This document shows positions 61,238 through 64,000 of a DNA stretch of 64,000 nucleotides, in pieces (the first letter of the stretch is position 1; every line of letters begins with the position of its first letter). The translations under genes and the position numbers were made by a program. Origin of the DNA: Torpedo marmorata (Eukaryota); contig OZ360250.1 of assembly GCA_977017645.1 (NCBI GenBank), positions 15,376,001-15,440,000 on the forward strand, written 5' to 3'. The notes under the pieces are model-generated. The model did no database searches. It saw only the letters and a list, made by a program, of their open reading frames with translations, and was not told the DNA's origin.

Positions 61238-61490
61238 TTTTTAGACATACAGCACTGTAACAGGCCAATTCGGCCCTACGAGCCCGTGCCGCCCAATTTA
61301 CACCCCATTAACCTACACCCCGGTATGTTTCGAGCGGTGGGAGGAAACCGGAGCCCCCGGAGAAAACCCACGCAGACATGGGGAGAACGTACAAACTCCT
61401 TACAGACAGCGCGGGATTCGAACCCAGGTCCGTTCCGATCGCTGGCGCTGTAAAGGCGTTGCGCTAACCGCCATGCCAACCATGACGCTC
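61238..61490 (-). mobile_element. V-SINE
   Basis: Same young family. Confidence 0.87.
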
Positions 61491-62198
61491 CTTGGAGGGT
61501 GTTGATGTAGATGTTGGGAGAATTTAAAAAAGGATTAATATGGAAGTATAAATGATGGTCAGCATAGACTTGATGGGCCAAAGGGCCTGTTTCCATGCTG
61601 CATATCTCTATGATCATAGCTCTATGAGAAATAGAAAAGTATTTATAACACCTTGCTTCTATGTCACAGCATTTTCTGTTCTCAAGATTGCAAGCATCTC
61701 AGATTTATTGTCAGAGTACATACATGACATCACATACAACCCTGAGATTCTTTTTTCCTGGGGGCGAGGCAGAATTATTGGTAGTGCAAAATAATGTACT
61801 CAACGTATACATGTAAACAAATAAAGAAATCTGCAAGTTTTTGTTATAAACTAAACTGTTACTATTTTCTGACTTTGCTAATGAACAACTTGTGAGTGAA
61901 GAGTTGATTCATTTCCAACTCACAGCAGATAAGGAAGTGAAAGAAATCTGTGTAAAAATGGTTGGCTAGAAATTCGTCCCAGTTAGCATCACCGACACAT
62001 GCTTGGTCATGCCTTGCACTGCACTCCATTTCAAACATTCAACAGTCTCCATAATTTCACAGGTAGAGTGGACATTTTCAGCCGTCATCGAGCACATTTA
62101 TGTGATAGATATATAACTTCCTGAGAGGAAGAGCGAGATAGATTTTTTAAATGAGGCTTTTCAGATCAGATTCCGATTTCAGATTTATTGTCAGAGTA

Positions 62199-63865
62199 CC
62201 ATAGAACATTGCAGCACAGAAACAGGCCCCTTCGGCCCTTCTAGTCTGTGCCGAGCCATTTTTTTTGCCTAGTCCCACTGACCTGCACCCAGTCCATATC
62301 CCTCCATACCTGTTCAAATTCTTCTTAAATGTTAAAATTGAGCCCGCAACTGGCAACTTCAACTGGCAGCTCGTTCCACACTCCCACCACTCTCTGTGTA
62401 AAGAAGTTCCCCCTCATGTTCCCCCAAAACCTTTCCTCTTTCACCCGTAACCCATGTCCTCTGGTTTGTATCTCACCTACCCTCAGTGGAAAAAGCCTGT
62501 CTGCATTTACTCTGTCTATCCCCTCATAATTTTAAATACCTCTATCAAATCTCCCCTCATTCTTCTACACTCCAGGGAATGTCCTAACCTGTTTAACCTT
62601 TCTCTGTAACTCAGTTCCTGAAGTCCGGGCAACATCCTAGTGAATCTTCTCTGCACTCTTTCTATCTTATTGATATCTTTCCTGTAGTTAGGTGACCAAA
62701 ACACACACAATACTCCAAATTTGGCCTCACCAATGTCTTGTACAACTTAACCATAGCATCCCAACTCCTATACTCAATACTTTGATTTATGAAGGCCAAT
62801 ATGCCAAAAGCTCTCTTTACAACCCTATCCACCTGTGACGCCACTTTCAGAGAATTATGTATCTGTATTCCCAGATCCCTCTGTTCTACCGCACTCCTCA
62901 GTGCCCTACCATTTACCGTGTATGTCCTTTCTTGGTTTGTCCTTCCAAAATGCAACACCTCACACTTGTCTGCATTAAATTCCATCTGCCATTTTTCAGC
63001 CCATTTTTCCAGCTGGTCCAGATCCCTCTGCAAGCTTTGAAAACCTTCTTCGCTGCCCACAACACCTCCAATCTTAGTGTCATCTGCAAACTTGTGATCC
63101 AATTTACCACATTATCATCCAGATCATTGATGTAGATGACAAGCAACAATGGTCCCAGCACTGATCCCTGAGGCACACCACTAGTCACAGTTCTCCTATC
63201 TGAGAAGCAATCGTCCACCACTTCTCTCTGGCTTCTCCCGTCCAGCCATTGTCGAATCCAGTTCACTTCTTCACCATGAATACCGAGCGTCTGAACTTTC
63301 CTAACCTCCCATGTGGAACCTTGTCAAAGGCCTTACTAAAGTCCATGTAGACAACATCCACAGCCTTTCCTTCGTCAACTTTCCTGGTAACCTCCTCGAA
63401 AAACTCGATAAGATTGATTAAACACGACCTACCACGCACAAAGCCATGTTGACAATCGCGAATCAGTTCCTGGCTATCCAAATAATTGTATATCTGATCT
63501 CTTAGAACACCTTCCAATAATTTACCTACTACTGACGTCAGGCTCACCAGCCTATAATTTCCAGGGTTACCTTTGGAGCCTTTTTTAAACAACGGAACAA
63601 CGTGAGCTACCCTCCAATCCTCCGGCACCACACCTGTAGCTAAGGACATTTTAAATATTTCTGCCAGAGCCCCTGCAATTTCTACACTAGTCTCCCTCAA
63701 GGTCCGAGGGAATATCTTGTCAGGCCCTGGGGATTTATCCACCCTTATTTGCTTTAAGACAGCAAGCACTTCCTCCTCTTTAATCTGTATAGGTTCCATG
63801 ACCTCACTGCTTGTTTTCCTTACTTCCCACGACTCTGTGCCCGTTTCCTGAGTGAATACTGATGA
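62199..63865 (-). mobile_element. CR1 LINE, 5'-truncated RT
   Basis: KSPGPDKIFPRTL, VPEDWRVAHVVPLFKKG, QHGFVRGRSCL, DFSKAFDKVPH, GVPQGSVLGP, KFADDTKIGG. Several frameshifts. Confidence 0.93.
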
Positions 63866-64000
63866 ATCACATACAACCCTGAGATTATTTTTCCTGCGGA
63901 GCAGAATTACCATTTATTGATAGTGCAAAATAAAACTGTACTCAACGTACACATGTAAACAAATAAAGAAAGGTAAACAAATAACTTCAATACAGAAAGG

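Overview
Eukaryotic genomic DNA, most likely from a cartilaginous fish (inferred from its V-SINE, CR1, Rex-Babar and Penelope repeat content). The whole window lies inside the + strand gene LDB3 (ZASP/Cypher, PDZ-LIM Z-disc protein). I can place nine coding exons with GT-AG boundaries and consistent phases: two exons downstream of the ZM motif, the terminal exon of the short LIM-less isoform, a 177-nt Ala/Pro/Ser cassette exon, two linker exons and three LIM-domain exons. The 5' exons and the last exon lie outside the window. Introns are dense with L1/Tx1, CR1 and Rex-Babar LINE fragments, V-SINEs, DNA MITEs and minisatellites. Best leads: (1) a Penelope-derived family carrying a variant minimal hammerhead ribozyme motif, often as palindromic units; (2) a 5S rRNA-derived SINE with a Rex-like tail; (3) a possible unannotated 32+91-nt frame-restoring exon pair; (4) a decayed antisense coding-like tract with TQT motifs. 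Most ORFs in the six-frame track are spurious. Repeat boundaries were read by eye and are approximate.
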